NCBI GenBank assembly: GCA_964019335.1
Contig: OZ025684.1
Span: 310,001 to 374,000, forward strand
From: Diplonema japonicum
Taxonomy: Eukaryota; Protista; Euglenozoa: Diplonemea
DNA: 64,000 bases
Direction: 5' to 3'
Below, piece by piece: positions 1 to 9,280 of the stretch. Within the stretch, counting starts at the first letter, position 1; every line of letters begins with the position of its first letter. The translations under genes were made by a program, and so were the position numbers. Under the pieces are notes generated by a model, which did no database searches, was not told the DNA's origin, and saw nothing but the letters and a program-made list of their open reading frames with translations.

Positions 1-1685
1 GACACACTCAGGTGGCTCGTGTTCCCATGCGGAGAGCCTGCCTCCGTGTTGTACTCATCCCCGTCGTCTGAGTCGCTTGTCTGAAGGACAGAGGCGGGCA
101 TGTAGTTCCTGTACTCCACAAGGTTTTGGATCATCTGGAGGAAGCTGACTTGCATGAGGCGAACCTCTTGAAGGGAGCTCAGAGGGCGTTGCATGTTGAC
201 CCCCTCCAACCGCATCACTGCCACCATCGCCATCTCCTTCTCCAGCACGAGAAGAGGGTCGATGATCTTCAGCATGAAGACAACAGCCACCACAATGAGG
301 GCCATGCCCGCAACAGTGATGACCACGTACAGGATGGCGCGCGACACGGCAAGGTCGTCGTCCACCTTGTCCTCAGCGGCCCGGATCTCCTTCTGCGTCT
401 CTGCCACCTTCGTGTCGATGCTGCCCAGGATGTACGCCCTGTCGATCACAATGTGCACGTACCAGTCGATCCCGTGCTTGTCAGCCATCTTCCCCACTCT
501 GTAAAAGAACTCCTCCCCCTCCGGTGCGAGGTCAGTCGTGATGTTTAAAGTGGTGAGGTTCTTCGTTGTTGACAGCGTCTCGATGTCAAGGTTTGACTTC
601 GCTTGGTGCCCGACACTGCGGATGATAGGGTCGGGGCTGTCCTCAAGCTTCAGCGCATGCAGGGCACCGGTGGTGTCGCGGTCGATGACAGCTCCATGCG
701 AGGCACCTACGAGGCTTCCGATGGACGTGGGATCCAGCCAGGTGGACCGGACGGTGACGAAGACCCGACTATTGGAGGAGATGTTCAATTTGGAGAGGAA
801 ACTGCTGACATGACGTAGGTCGGCACCTGATGAGACGAACCCAGTGCGGAGGCCGTTGTGGTAAACGGGAGTAAGGCAGGTGACGACCACAATGTCATTG
901 TTGATGCTCACGGGCGAGGTCCACATGCTGGACCCAAGAGGAACAAAAGCAGCAGCATCGAAGAGCGAATTGTCAAGCGGCTCAGCAAGGTACTTGTCAG
1001 CACAGGGCTCGTTGGGGACAGCTCCGTTCGTGGACAACGCCGACCGCCTGCACGTAGCGATATCACGGTTGACATCTACTGACGGGTCCGTCACGAGTGC
1101 GGGCAACCCTGTTCCATAAGAGGCACTGGCAGTAAAGGTCATGTTGCGCCCGCCATGAGGATGGTCGTCCCCGTAGTTGTACAAGCCTTCTATTGAGTGG
1201 TATGATGTTGGCGGGCGTTCTATTGTCTGTGTGTCCTCATACACAATGACAACGAGCCTGTTCTTCAGGAAGACACCGATGCCGGTGCACCCTTCGTCCT
1301 TCAGGTAGTTCATGGACCAGAATATTCTTGCGATCGACGACTGATGCCATCCCCAGGTTTTTACGTCGTCCCAGTTGTTGAAGGTCAGCTCGTCAGCGAG
1401 CATCATACCAGCTGTTCTCTGAGGTAGCAGGAAGTGGAACATGTGATCGATGGTCTCACTTTGTAGGACTTCCATGTACTCTGTTGTCCTGTTGCGCACG
1501 CTGTCAGAGCCCACTGTGAAGGCCGTGTTCACAGACGCATCGCGGGACTGCTTGATATCGTCCAGAGCAGCATCGCTGCTTGTCACTGCAAGGAACGAGC
1601 TCACAAAAGCCGTCACAACAACACACAGCAGCACGAGAGATATGCTCAGCACCTTGATGCTCATCATGAGGCTTGTGCTCGTCAT
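1..1685 (-). CDS. Receptor-type class III nucleotide cyclase-like protein, copy 1 (3' part runs off the window start)
   Basis: Not in the ORF track because no stop lies in the window. Manual translation from the ATG at 1685 gives MTSTSLMMSIKVLSISLVLL... Nucleotides ~74-592 and ~1465-1662 are near-identical to copy 2; the middle reads FLSKLNISSNSRVFVTVRSTWLDPTSIGSLVGASHG, homologous to copy 2. Confidence 0.9.
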   Translation of the reverse strand, partial: MTSTSLMMSIKVLSISLVLLCVVVTAFVSSFLAVTSSDAALDDIKQSRDASVNTAFTVGSDSVRNRTTEYMEVLQSETIDHMFHFLLPQRTAGMMLADELTFNNWDDVKTWGWHQSSIARIFWSMNYLKDEGCTGIGVFLKNRLVVIVYEDTQTIERPPTSYHSIEGLYNYGDDHPHGGRNMTFTASASYGTGLPALVTDPSVDVNRDIATCRRSALSTNGAVPNEPCADKYLAEPLDNSLFDAAAFVPLGSSMWTSPVSINNDIVVVTCLTPVYHNGLRTGFVSSGADLRHVSSFLSKLNISSNSRVFVTVRSTWLDPTSIGSLVGASHGAVIDRDTTGALHALKLEDSPDPIIRSVGHQAKSNLDIETLSTTKNLTTLNITTDLAPEGEEFFYRVGKMADKHGIDWYVHIVIDRAYILGSIDTKVAETQKEIRAAEDKVDDDLAVSRAILYVVITVAGMALIVVAVVFMLKIIDPLLVLEKEMAMVAVMRLEGVNMQRPLSSLQEVRLMQVSFLQMIQNLVEYRNYMPASVLQTSDSDDGDEYNTEAGSPHGNTSHLSV

Positions 1686-2983
1686 TGACGGAAAAAAAAA
1701 AAAAGAACCTTTCTCCCCCATTATTTAATTTTCAAATGTTGCGTACGTTGCAAAGAAAGAAGAAAAAAAAAAAAGAAAATAGACAAACAGAGAAATGTTT
1801 CACTAGAGTCCAATCGCCTTTGTTGTGAAGACTTAAAAAGAGCACGCGATTTCTTTTGAACAAAGAAGAGAGGAAGAACAGAAGGGAGGGGGGCCGGGGG
1901 TTTAGTAATATCGTCCCTTTCAACCCTCACAAGGTCAGTGGGGGCGGGGGAGATACAAAACGGACAGAAGAAAAAAAAAAGGGAGGAGGGGGAAAGGGAG
2001 TGGAGATAAAAAGTATACTGCGGGAGGAGAAAGATTCCCAGTTGTATTCTTTTTATGTGTTGTGGAGTAAAAATAAATAAGTAAAAAAAAAGAACAAAGC
2101 TTTTCAACCTTATATGTTTTGTCGGCCAAAAAAAAAAGAAAAAAAAAAAGAATATAGGAGATAAAAGAGGCCATCGTGCCATTGTGTGGCTCACTGCACA
2201 AGTACTGTCTACTTGATTACAGGGGGCGCGCCTCGACCCGAGCTGTCTGCATTCCGCGTCGGGTCCTCAGAAAATGAGTGCGGTGTGCAGCTCAGCACCA
2301 GCCGGCGCCCTGGGTAACCAAGATTCTGCGCTCGTGAAGTTGAAAAAAAAAGGGGGGGGGGGGGGGCAGAAAAGGCACCACAAATGTGATGCTGTACAAT
2401 CCGAAGGGACAGCAAGTTTGAGGGAAAAAAAGAAAGAGACAAAAAAAGGAGGGAGAGAAAAAACGCAGGCATGTGGCTCTCGCATTTCACAAAAAAACAA
2501 AAACAAAAAAAAAAGGATTCTTTGTGACTTGAAGAAAAATAATGGCCTGTTTTCTTTTCTCCCCCCCCCCCCCCCACCTCTTTTTTATCTTTAACAACAA
2601 AAAAAGAGAAGCACAGGTTTTTCAAAACTATGGAATGGTTTCTTATTCAAGGCGGTTTAAAATTAAACTCAAAAGAAGGAGTTGCGTTGGGTTTTGGCAC
2701 ACTTTTAAATTCTTCTTGCCTACGCGAACCTGAGAGTAGTACTTGTTAAATACAAAAGGAGATCTTTTTCTTTGTAACTCTTTGGAGCTCAGGTTCATGC
2801 GTAAAAATAAACAAAACTGCCTTGTGTTTTGGGGCTCTTTTTAGCCTACGTTTGGTGTACGGTGGTATTTCAAATAAATTACCAAAAAGAAAAAAAAAAC
2901 AGAACATGGGGCTATAACCCCGTGCACTTTATTTGCCTAGGTTCCCCTGTTGGGGAAAGAAAAGTAGAAGGAAAAAAAAAAAA

Positions 2984-3096
2984 ACTAGTTTGGCGCCTCC
3001 ATTTGTTTGTGCGCACGAGCGGAATTTTACCTAATAAAATAGCTCATTACGCTGCCATCAACTAGTTTTTAGTCTCGACAATAATATTGTTAAAAC
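2984..3096. repeat. Interspersed repeat A (~110 bp); also ~6489-6584, ~8351-8430, ~13190-13285, ~32001-32050, ~32675-32786, and degenerate at ~34210, ~46285, ~49815
   Basis: Core TTTGTTTGTGCGCACGAGCGGAATTTTACCTAATAAAATAGCTCATTACGCTGCCATCAACTAGTTTTTAGTCTCGAC, with ACTAGT near both ends. Confidence 0.9.
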
Positions 3097-3811
3097 AAAA
3101 AAAAAGAATACTAGAAAAATAACATAAGGAGGTTTTATTGTACGTCTTTAGCTTTTCTTTTTTTCTGAAAGAATCGATTTTCATGCAAATGTAAGCAGTG
3201 TTTTTTTGGATGAACGGAAATCCCATGAGGTGCCGAAGTGGGGCCGTGATGAACAAAAAAAGAAAAAAGAAATATGAGTTAAAGGAAGTTTTTGTTCTCA
3301 TCCTCTACCTGCACCTTGAAAAAAAAAAAAAAAAAGAGAGAGAGAATTAATTCTTACATGCATGACGCGTTTCCCAGAACCTGAAGAGAATAAAATAAAA
3401 AAGAGTCGGTGTTTTTTTCGCATTATTTGTTTAGAGCACACGGTATAAATCCTGGGGAGGAAATATTGCATATAACCCCGACTCCCTTTTTTTCTTTTTT
3501 TTTTTTTTGCCCTTACAAAAAGAAAACAACTGAAGCTGTACTTGCTAAATCACACAAAAAAAAAAAAGAAAACTTAAAAGAGAGGGGTCAATAGTTAAAT
3601 AGTTTGAGTCCATATTTTCCACGATTTATCTTCGCGCGGCTTTTACGGTGCTTTTGGCAGCCGTAATGAACTCAGATGCCTTGCATTGTAATGATGGGTT
3701 GCGAAATGGGTTGCTTCCCTTATTTCCCGGACTGATCTTTATCGGTTTGCAGATATATAGGGCTTTGGTTGCAACACTATTTGGCGTTAAGTGTGCAGCG
3801 ATATATGTTTG

Positions 3812-6370
3812 TTAGTACAGCAATGGTCTCGCCTTCCCCACTGGCTCCGTTAGGGCTGGATCGGCTCCTGCCTTCTGCAGCCTATCGCGGTAGAGCTTCA
3901 CGACAGAGGAGTCATCAGCGTAGCCCTCGAGCTCCTTGATGGCGCCCTCCACGTCGCCTGCCATCATGAGGGAGTAGCTGTTGTTGTACTTGGTGTTGGG
4001 GTCCCCTCTGGCCCCCTCCGCGAGCTGGTACATCCACTCCATGTTCTCGTGCTCCTTCTGCTTCATCACCTCGTAGACCATGAGGGTCCTCTCACAGTGC
4101 TTCGGGAACCAGACGTGCTGCAGGGACCTCACGTAGGCGACGTTCGTGACCTCCTCGTGCATCACCTTGTCGATCGCGATGTCCGCACCCCCCATCCGCC
4201 CCACCCGCTCCACAATGTGCACCCACGACGCCAGCGACCCGATGAACGAGTACTTCTTCATCCCCTCGCACCCCATGTGCCCGCACTTCACTTCCCCCGA
4301 GACTATCCCGATCGAGAACCTCTTCCCGAGCGTCGTGTCCCCTGCGATCCCCCGCCCGCAGGTGTACGCCGCTATCCGATGTGACGAGCAAGGCCTCGCA
4401 CCGTTGAACGACGCGTACAATCGGTCACCGCTGAAGCTGTCGGGGATCCCCCTGCTGGACTTCACGTGTTGCAAGGACATCGTGAGGTAGGTGTGTATGT
4501 TTGACAGGATGTCCGAAGTCTTCTTGTTCCCTGTATCCTGCAGAAAGGACACCACATTGCAGGCAAGCAGCGTCACTTTCTTCTGCTTTACATCTGAGCC
4601 GAGCAAGGCGTGCTTCCCTGCCACGAGCTTCGTCGTCGACATGGAGCTATCTGAGGAGAGTGAGGGCACCTTACCAGACTGCGACAGATCGATGCTCAGG
4701 GCACTGCTGCCTAGCGCCTCCCTTGCGTCGTCTTCTCCGTCGTTCTCATCGCTTGTCTGAAGGACAGAGGCGGGCATGTAGTTCCTGTACTCCACAAGGT
4801 TTTGGATCATCTGGAGGAAGCTGACTTGCATGAGGCGAACCTCTTGAAGGGAGCTCAGAGGGCGTTGCATGTTGACCCCCTCCAACCGCATCACTGCCAC
4901 CATCGCCATCTCCTTCTCCAGCACGAGAAGAGGGTCGATGATCTTCAGCATGAAGACAACAGCCACCACAATGAGGGCCATGCCCGCAACAGTGATGACC
5001 ACGTACAGGATGGCGCGCGACACGGCAAGGTCGTCGTCCACCTTGTCCTCAGCGGCCCGGATCTCCTTCTGCGTCTCTGCCACCTTCGTGTCGATGCTGC
5101 CCAGGATGTACGCCCTGTCGATCACAATGTGCACGTACCAGTCGATCCCGTGCTTGTCAGCCATCTTCCCCACTCTGTAAAAGAACTCCTCCCCCTCCGG
5201 TGCGAGGTCAGTCGTGATGTTTAAAGTGGTGAGGTTCTTCGTTGTTGACAGCGTCTCGATGTCAAGGTCTTCTGTCACCAGAACACCAGTCTGCTGCACG
5301 ATGCTGTCGGTGCTCTTCACAAGTGGCAGGACACCCAGCACGCCATTGGTGTACTCGGCGACCTTGCCGTGAGAGGAGCCTACAAACTTCCCCACAGACG
5401 TGGGGTCGATGATGCTCATCCAGCTGTTGCGTACTGTGACGAAGACACGCCCTCTGGAATCATGGCCGTGGACGGGGCCTCCGACATCGATGGTTTGGAG
5501 GAACTTGCTGACATGTCGGAGATCGGCGCCCGTCATGACGAACCCCGAGCGGGTGCTGCTGTGCACTATCGGCGTGAAGCAAACAATGGAAATGTAATTG
5601 TTGTCCACAGGGATGGGCACAGTCCACAACGTGCTGCCAAGAGGGACAAAACCCGCAAGGATGTAAACAGGGTTCTGCAATGGGTCGTTCCACACAGGGT
5701 TCCAGCAGGGCTCGTTGGGGACAGAGCCGTTTGTAGCGATTGCAGTCACAGCGCATGTTGAAGGATCCTTGTTGACGTCTTCAGTGGCATTGACCACACC
5801 TGCGGGCTGTCCTGTACCGTGGACGAGACTGGCAATGAACCCGTTACCCACCCCGCCTTGTGGGTGATCGTCACCATAGTTAAACCCACCTTCAAGGGAA
5901 TGGTATTCCTCGGTGGGGCGTTCGAGGGTTAGCCTGTTCTCGTACAGTGCGATGACTAATCTGTTTTTCAAGAGAACACCGATTCCCGTGTTCCCTTCGT
6001 CCTTCAGGTGGTTAAGATCCCAGTACATCCTACCGAGGTTTCGGCTTTGCCACTCCCACCTCTTGATGTCGTCCCATGGGTGAGTTGACAGGTCGTTGGC
6101 TAGAGTGACGGAGGCAAGGCGTTGCAACTTGAGAAACTGCGTTATGAAGTCAGTGGTTCCAGATAGAAGGACTTCCATGTACTCTGTTGTCCTGTTGCGC
6201 ACGCTGTCAGAGCCCACTGTGAAGGCCGTGTTCACAGACGCATCGCGGGACTGCTTGATATCGTCCAGAGCGGCATCGCTGCTTGTCACTGCAAGGAACG
6301 AGCTCACAAAAGCCGTCACAACAACACACAGCAGCACGAGAGATATGCTCAGCACCTTGATGCTCGCCAT
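3812..6370 (-). CDS. Receptor-type adenylate/guanylate cyclase-like protein, copy 2 (TM - dCache-like sensor - TM - HAMP - class III cyclase-like domain)
   Basis: 852 aa ORF. N-terminal TM; Cache-like motifs (WTVP...TP...GFVMTGADL..VSKFL...RVFVTV...GKFVGSSHG); second TM; HAMP-like IIDPLLVLEKEM...EVRLMQVSFLQMIQNL; cyclase motifs KKVTLLACNV, SFSGDRL, IGIVSGEVKCGHMG. Confidence 0.9.
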   Translation of the reverse strand: MASIKVLSISLVLLCVVVTAFVSSFLAVTSSDAALDDIKQSRDASVNTAFTVGSDSVRNRTTEYMEVLLSGTTDFITQFLKLQRLASVTLANDLSTHPWDDIKRWEWQSRNLGRMYWDLNHLKDEGNTGIGVLLKNRLVIALYENRLTLERPTEEYHSLEGGFNYGDDHPQGGVGNGFIASLVHGTGQPAGVVNATEDVNKDPSTCAVTAIATNGSVPNEPCWNPVWNDPLQNPVYILAGFVPLGSTLWTVPIPVDNNYISIVCFTPIVHSSTRSGFVMTGADLRHVSKFLQTIDVGGPVHGHDSRGRVFVTVRNSWMSIIDPTSVGKFVGSSHGKVAEYTNGVLGVLPLVKSTDSIVQQTGVLVTEDLDIETLSTTKNLTTLNITTDLAPEGEEFFYRVGKMADKHGIDWYVHIVIDRAYILGSIDTKVAETQKEIRAAEDKVDDDLAVSRAILYVVITVAGMALIVVAVVFMLKIIDPLLVLEKEMAMVAVMRLEGVNMQRPLSSLQEVRLMQVSFLQMIQNLVEYRNYMPASVLQTSDENDGEDDAREALGSSALSIDLSQSGKVPSLSSDSSMSTTKLVAGKHALLGSDVKQKKVTLLACNVVSFLQDTGNKKTSDILSNIHTYLTMSLQHVKSSRGIPDSFSGDRLYASFNGARPCSSHRIAAYTCGRGIAGDTTLGKRFSIGIVSGEVKCGHMGCEGMKKYSFIGSLASWVHIVERVGRMGGADIAIDKVMHEEVTNVAYVRSLQHVWFPKHCERTLMVYEVMKQKEHENMEWMYQLAEGARGDPNTKYNNSYSLMMAGDVEGAIKELEGYADDSSVVKLYRDRLQKAGADPALTEPVGKARPLLY

Positions 6371-7847
6371 TTTATCGTAGAAATCTGGAGATGTTTATGA
6401 AAGAACGGAAAGGATAAACCATACAATCTTTGTTTTAAAAAAAAGGGGAGGGAGGGGGGGGTGGGGTGTGTTTTGGCAAAGGACGGCTTTTGTTTGTGCG
6501 CACGAGCGGAATTTTACCTAATAAAATAGCTCATTACGCTGCCATCAAATAGTTTTTAGTCAAGACAATTAATATTGTTAAAACAAACAAAAAAGAAGAA
6601 AGAATAAAAAATGAAGAACGCAAAAGAAAAAGAAAAAGAGAAACAAAAGGTGAAGGGAGAACGGAAAACATTTGCTTGCAATATTTCAAGTTTTGAACAA
6701 AAAGTGGGATGTGCGGCAAATGTGTGAAAATTCCTAAAAAAAGAAAACCTGGCTCAGAATCACACGAGAAAAAAAAACCTGGCTCAGAAAAACAAGACTT
6801 CTTACTAACAAAAAATAAGGAAAATGGGGAATAATAATAACGAATATTTTGGTGTTAGGGTGTTTGCCAGACGTGGGGGGGCTCGCCCTCCTCCTACCGG
6901 CATTCTTTTAAGGTTTTGTTAAAGGGGGGACAACGAATGGGAGTAAAAGAAAAAGGACACTAACAACTATTAAAAAAGATCATCGACTTATTTCCACCCA
7001 TTTTGTAATTCGGCACACGGATCTTGCTAATCTACTACTTCTTTTTAGAGATTACGGACCGATGTCTGACTGGTGGTGGGGGGTGTTCTTTTTTTTTGCT
7101 TTTTGTTTCTTGCTTTTTTTTTTTGTAATATTTCTTGTTGTTTGAAAAAGAAGAATGGGGGGGGGAATAAAAAAGTTGAGAAAAGAATGGGAATGGTTTC
7201 CCTTGCTTTACTTTTTGCTGCAAGAAAAAGGAAAAAAAATGGGGCTTTGATTGCAACACTAGGTGGCGTTAAGCGTGCAACGAAGCACGAAATACCTACT
7301 TGATTACAGGGAGCGCTCCTCGGCCGAGCAGTAGCTTCTTCTGCGTTCCGCGTCGTGTCCTTTATACGTGCGGTGTGCTCAACCCTAGCCAGGGGCGTCC
7401 CGGGAACCAAGATTCTGCGCTCGTGAAGTTTGCTGCCTGTTCGTCACCCTGAGCATCTGCGTTACGTTCTTCCACTCGGGCGCTACCGGTGATGACCGAC
7501 GAGAACACATCTGGAAAAAAAAAAAAAAAAAAGAAACAAAAAAAGCAGCAAACATAAAAAGAAGACAATCCCACTGCAGGACTGGCCACTGTTTGTGCAC
7601 CCTTTTTTTTTGAAAAAGTAGCGAAATATCACCTTTCAAAAAAAAGAAAAAGAAAAAAAAAAACAACAACAACAACAACAACAAAAAAAATCTTTTTTTT
7701 TAAAGGTATGTACGTGTCCCAGCTCTCCACAGCTCCATCTCCAGCTTGACGTTGATTGCCAGTCTCAGCGTCGTATATCCACCTGATACGGTCGGTGTCA
7801 GGTGCGCTTGCTCTACGCAGTTCGTGTCAACCAACAGCAGTACCTTC

Positions 7848-7880
<33 letters not shown>

Positions 7881-7965
7881 GAGATAAAGGCCATTGTTGG
7901 TGGGCGCCTTGCACAAGCATTGTCTACTTGATTACAGGAAGAAAAAAAAGAAGAAAAACTATTCT

Positions 7966-8298
7966 TTAAAGGTATGCGTTTTTGCGCTCACCGGCCGCGC
8001 TGTACTTGGTCCCCGTTGTCCCTGTTCTGGGGGCTCTGGCGGGTTCCTACTTCGGTGGTCAAACTGCGGGGCAGCCTTGTCGGGGTCTGCGACAGGTACG
8101 TGTCACGCAAGCCTTCGATGCTGCTCATGGTCCGCTCCGGAGTACTGGCCTCCTGTCATACCCGTGTGTGGTCGGTCCTCCTATACAGCGCAGGGAGTTG
8201 ACGCGCTCCACTCGCGCTGCTGGGAACGCCGTCCTTCTGCCATCAGCGTGGTACAGGTCCTGGACACGTCTCAGCACATACCTCAGCCTCCTTGCCTT
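7966..8298 (-). mobile_element. LINE 3'-end fragment, related family (a deleted relative lies at ~41536-41650)
   Basis: ARRLRYVLRRVQ...RTAFPAARVERVNSLRCIGG..GYDRRPVL aligns with ARRLHGLMKKIW...RRAFPAEPSTRVHTLRSIGR..GWNRRAIF. Ends in CCTTTAA on the minus strand. Confidence 0.6.
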
Positions 8299-8847
8299 GA
8301 AGAAAAAAAAAGAGAAAAGGAAAAAAAAAAACAAAAAAACAAAAAAACAAAACTAGATTGAGCGCACGAGTGGGGAATTTATTTAAAACCCAATAAAATT
8401 ACACTCATACACGCCGCCATCAACTAGTTTTTCTTTTTGACGAGATGAAAAAAAAAAAAAAAAAAAAAAAAAAAGAAAAACTCGATAAATCTTTCAGTGC
8501 GCATGGGTGCTCACTGTAGAAAAAAAAAGAAATTCTTCTTTATGACTTGTGTCTTTGCTATTCGTACGAGAAAAGAAGTTTCTCGATTCTTGCTTCGCAT
8601 AAGTAGCATAAAGGTAAGATACACATAAGAAAAAAATAGCTTCTTGAAAGATGGATGCTTTGTAAGAAGGAAAAAAACGAAAAAGTCGCTAACGTTTTAG
8701 GTGTGCGATGCTCACCTGTTTAGAAAAGAAACTTACTATGTAAACTCGAAAAAAAAGTTTTTTTTTTTTTTTAAAACAGTTCTATCCTTCTCCATAGGAA
8801 GGACGAACGGACTTCGCCAACCTCGGCATAAAAGAAGGTAAGTGAAC

Positions 8848-8878
<31 letters not shown>

Positions 8879-9280
8879 GTTTTTGTTTTAATACCACCAA
8901 GTTTATTAGTCACCCGTTATTAGCATGTCAGCCAGTGCACTATGTTTATTATTGATTAATAAAATCAGGAAGGGGGGACACTCGTGTCCATTATTTCTTT
9001 TTTTCCCTCTTTTTTTTTGATTTTCTTTTTTAAATCTTTTCTAAAAAAGAATCCCTTTCGCAAAATCTTATCTCAATAATAAACTTTTTTAATTTAAAAA
9101 AAAAAAAAAAGCGGGAAAAAAAAAATGATCGAATAAAAAAAAAAAAAAAAGAAACAAAGAAATAGAGAAAAACCAACATTTGAAACAAAAGTAGCTTCAT
9201 CTGAAGATTAAATTCCACCATAATGTGGAAAAGCTGCCAAGCCTTCAGAGAATAGATAGCATATAGAGTTGACTTTAATG

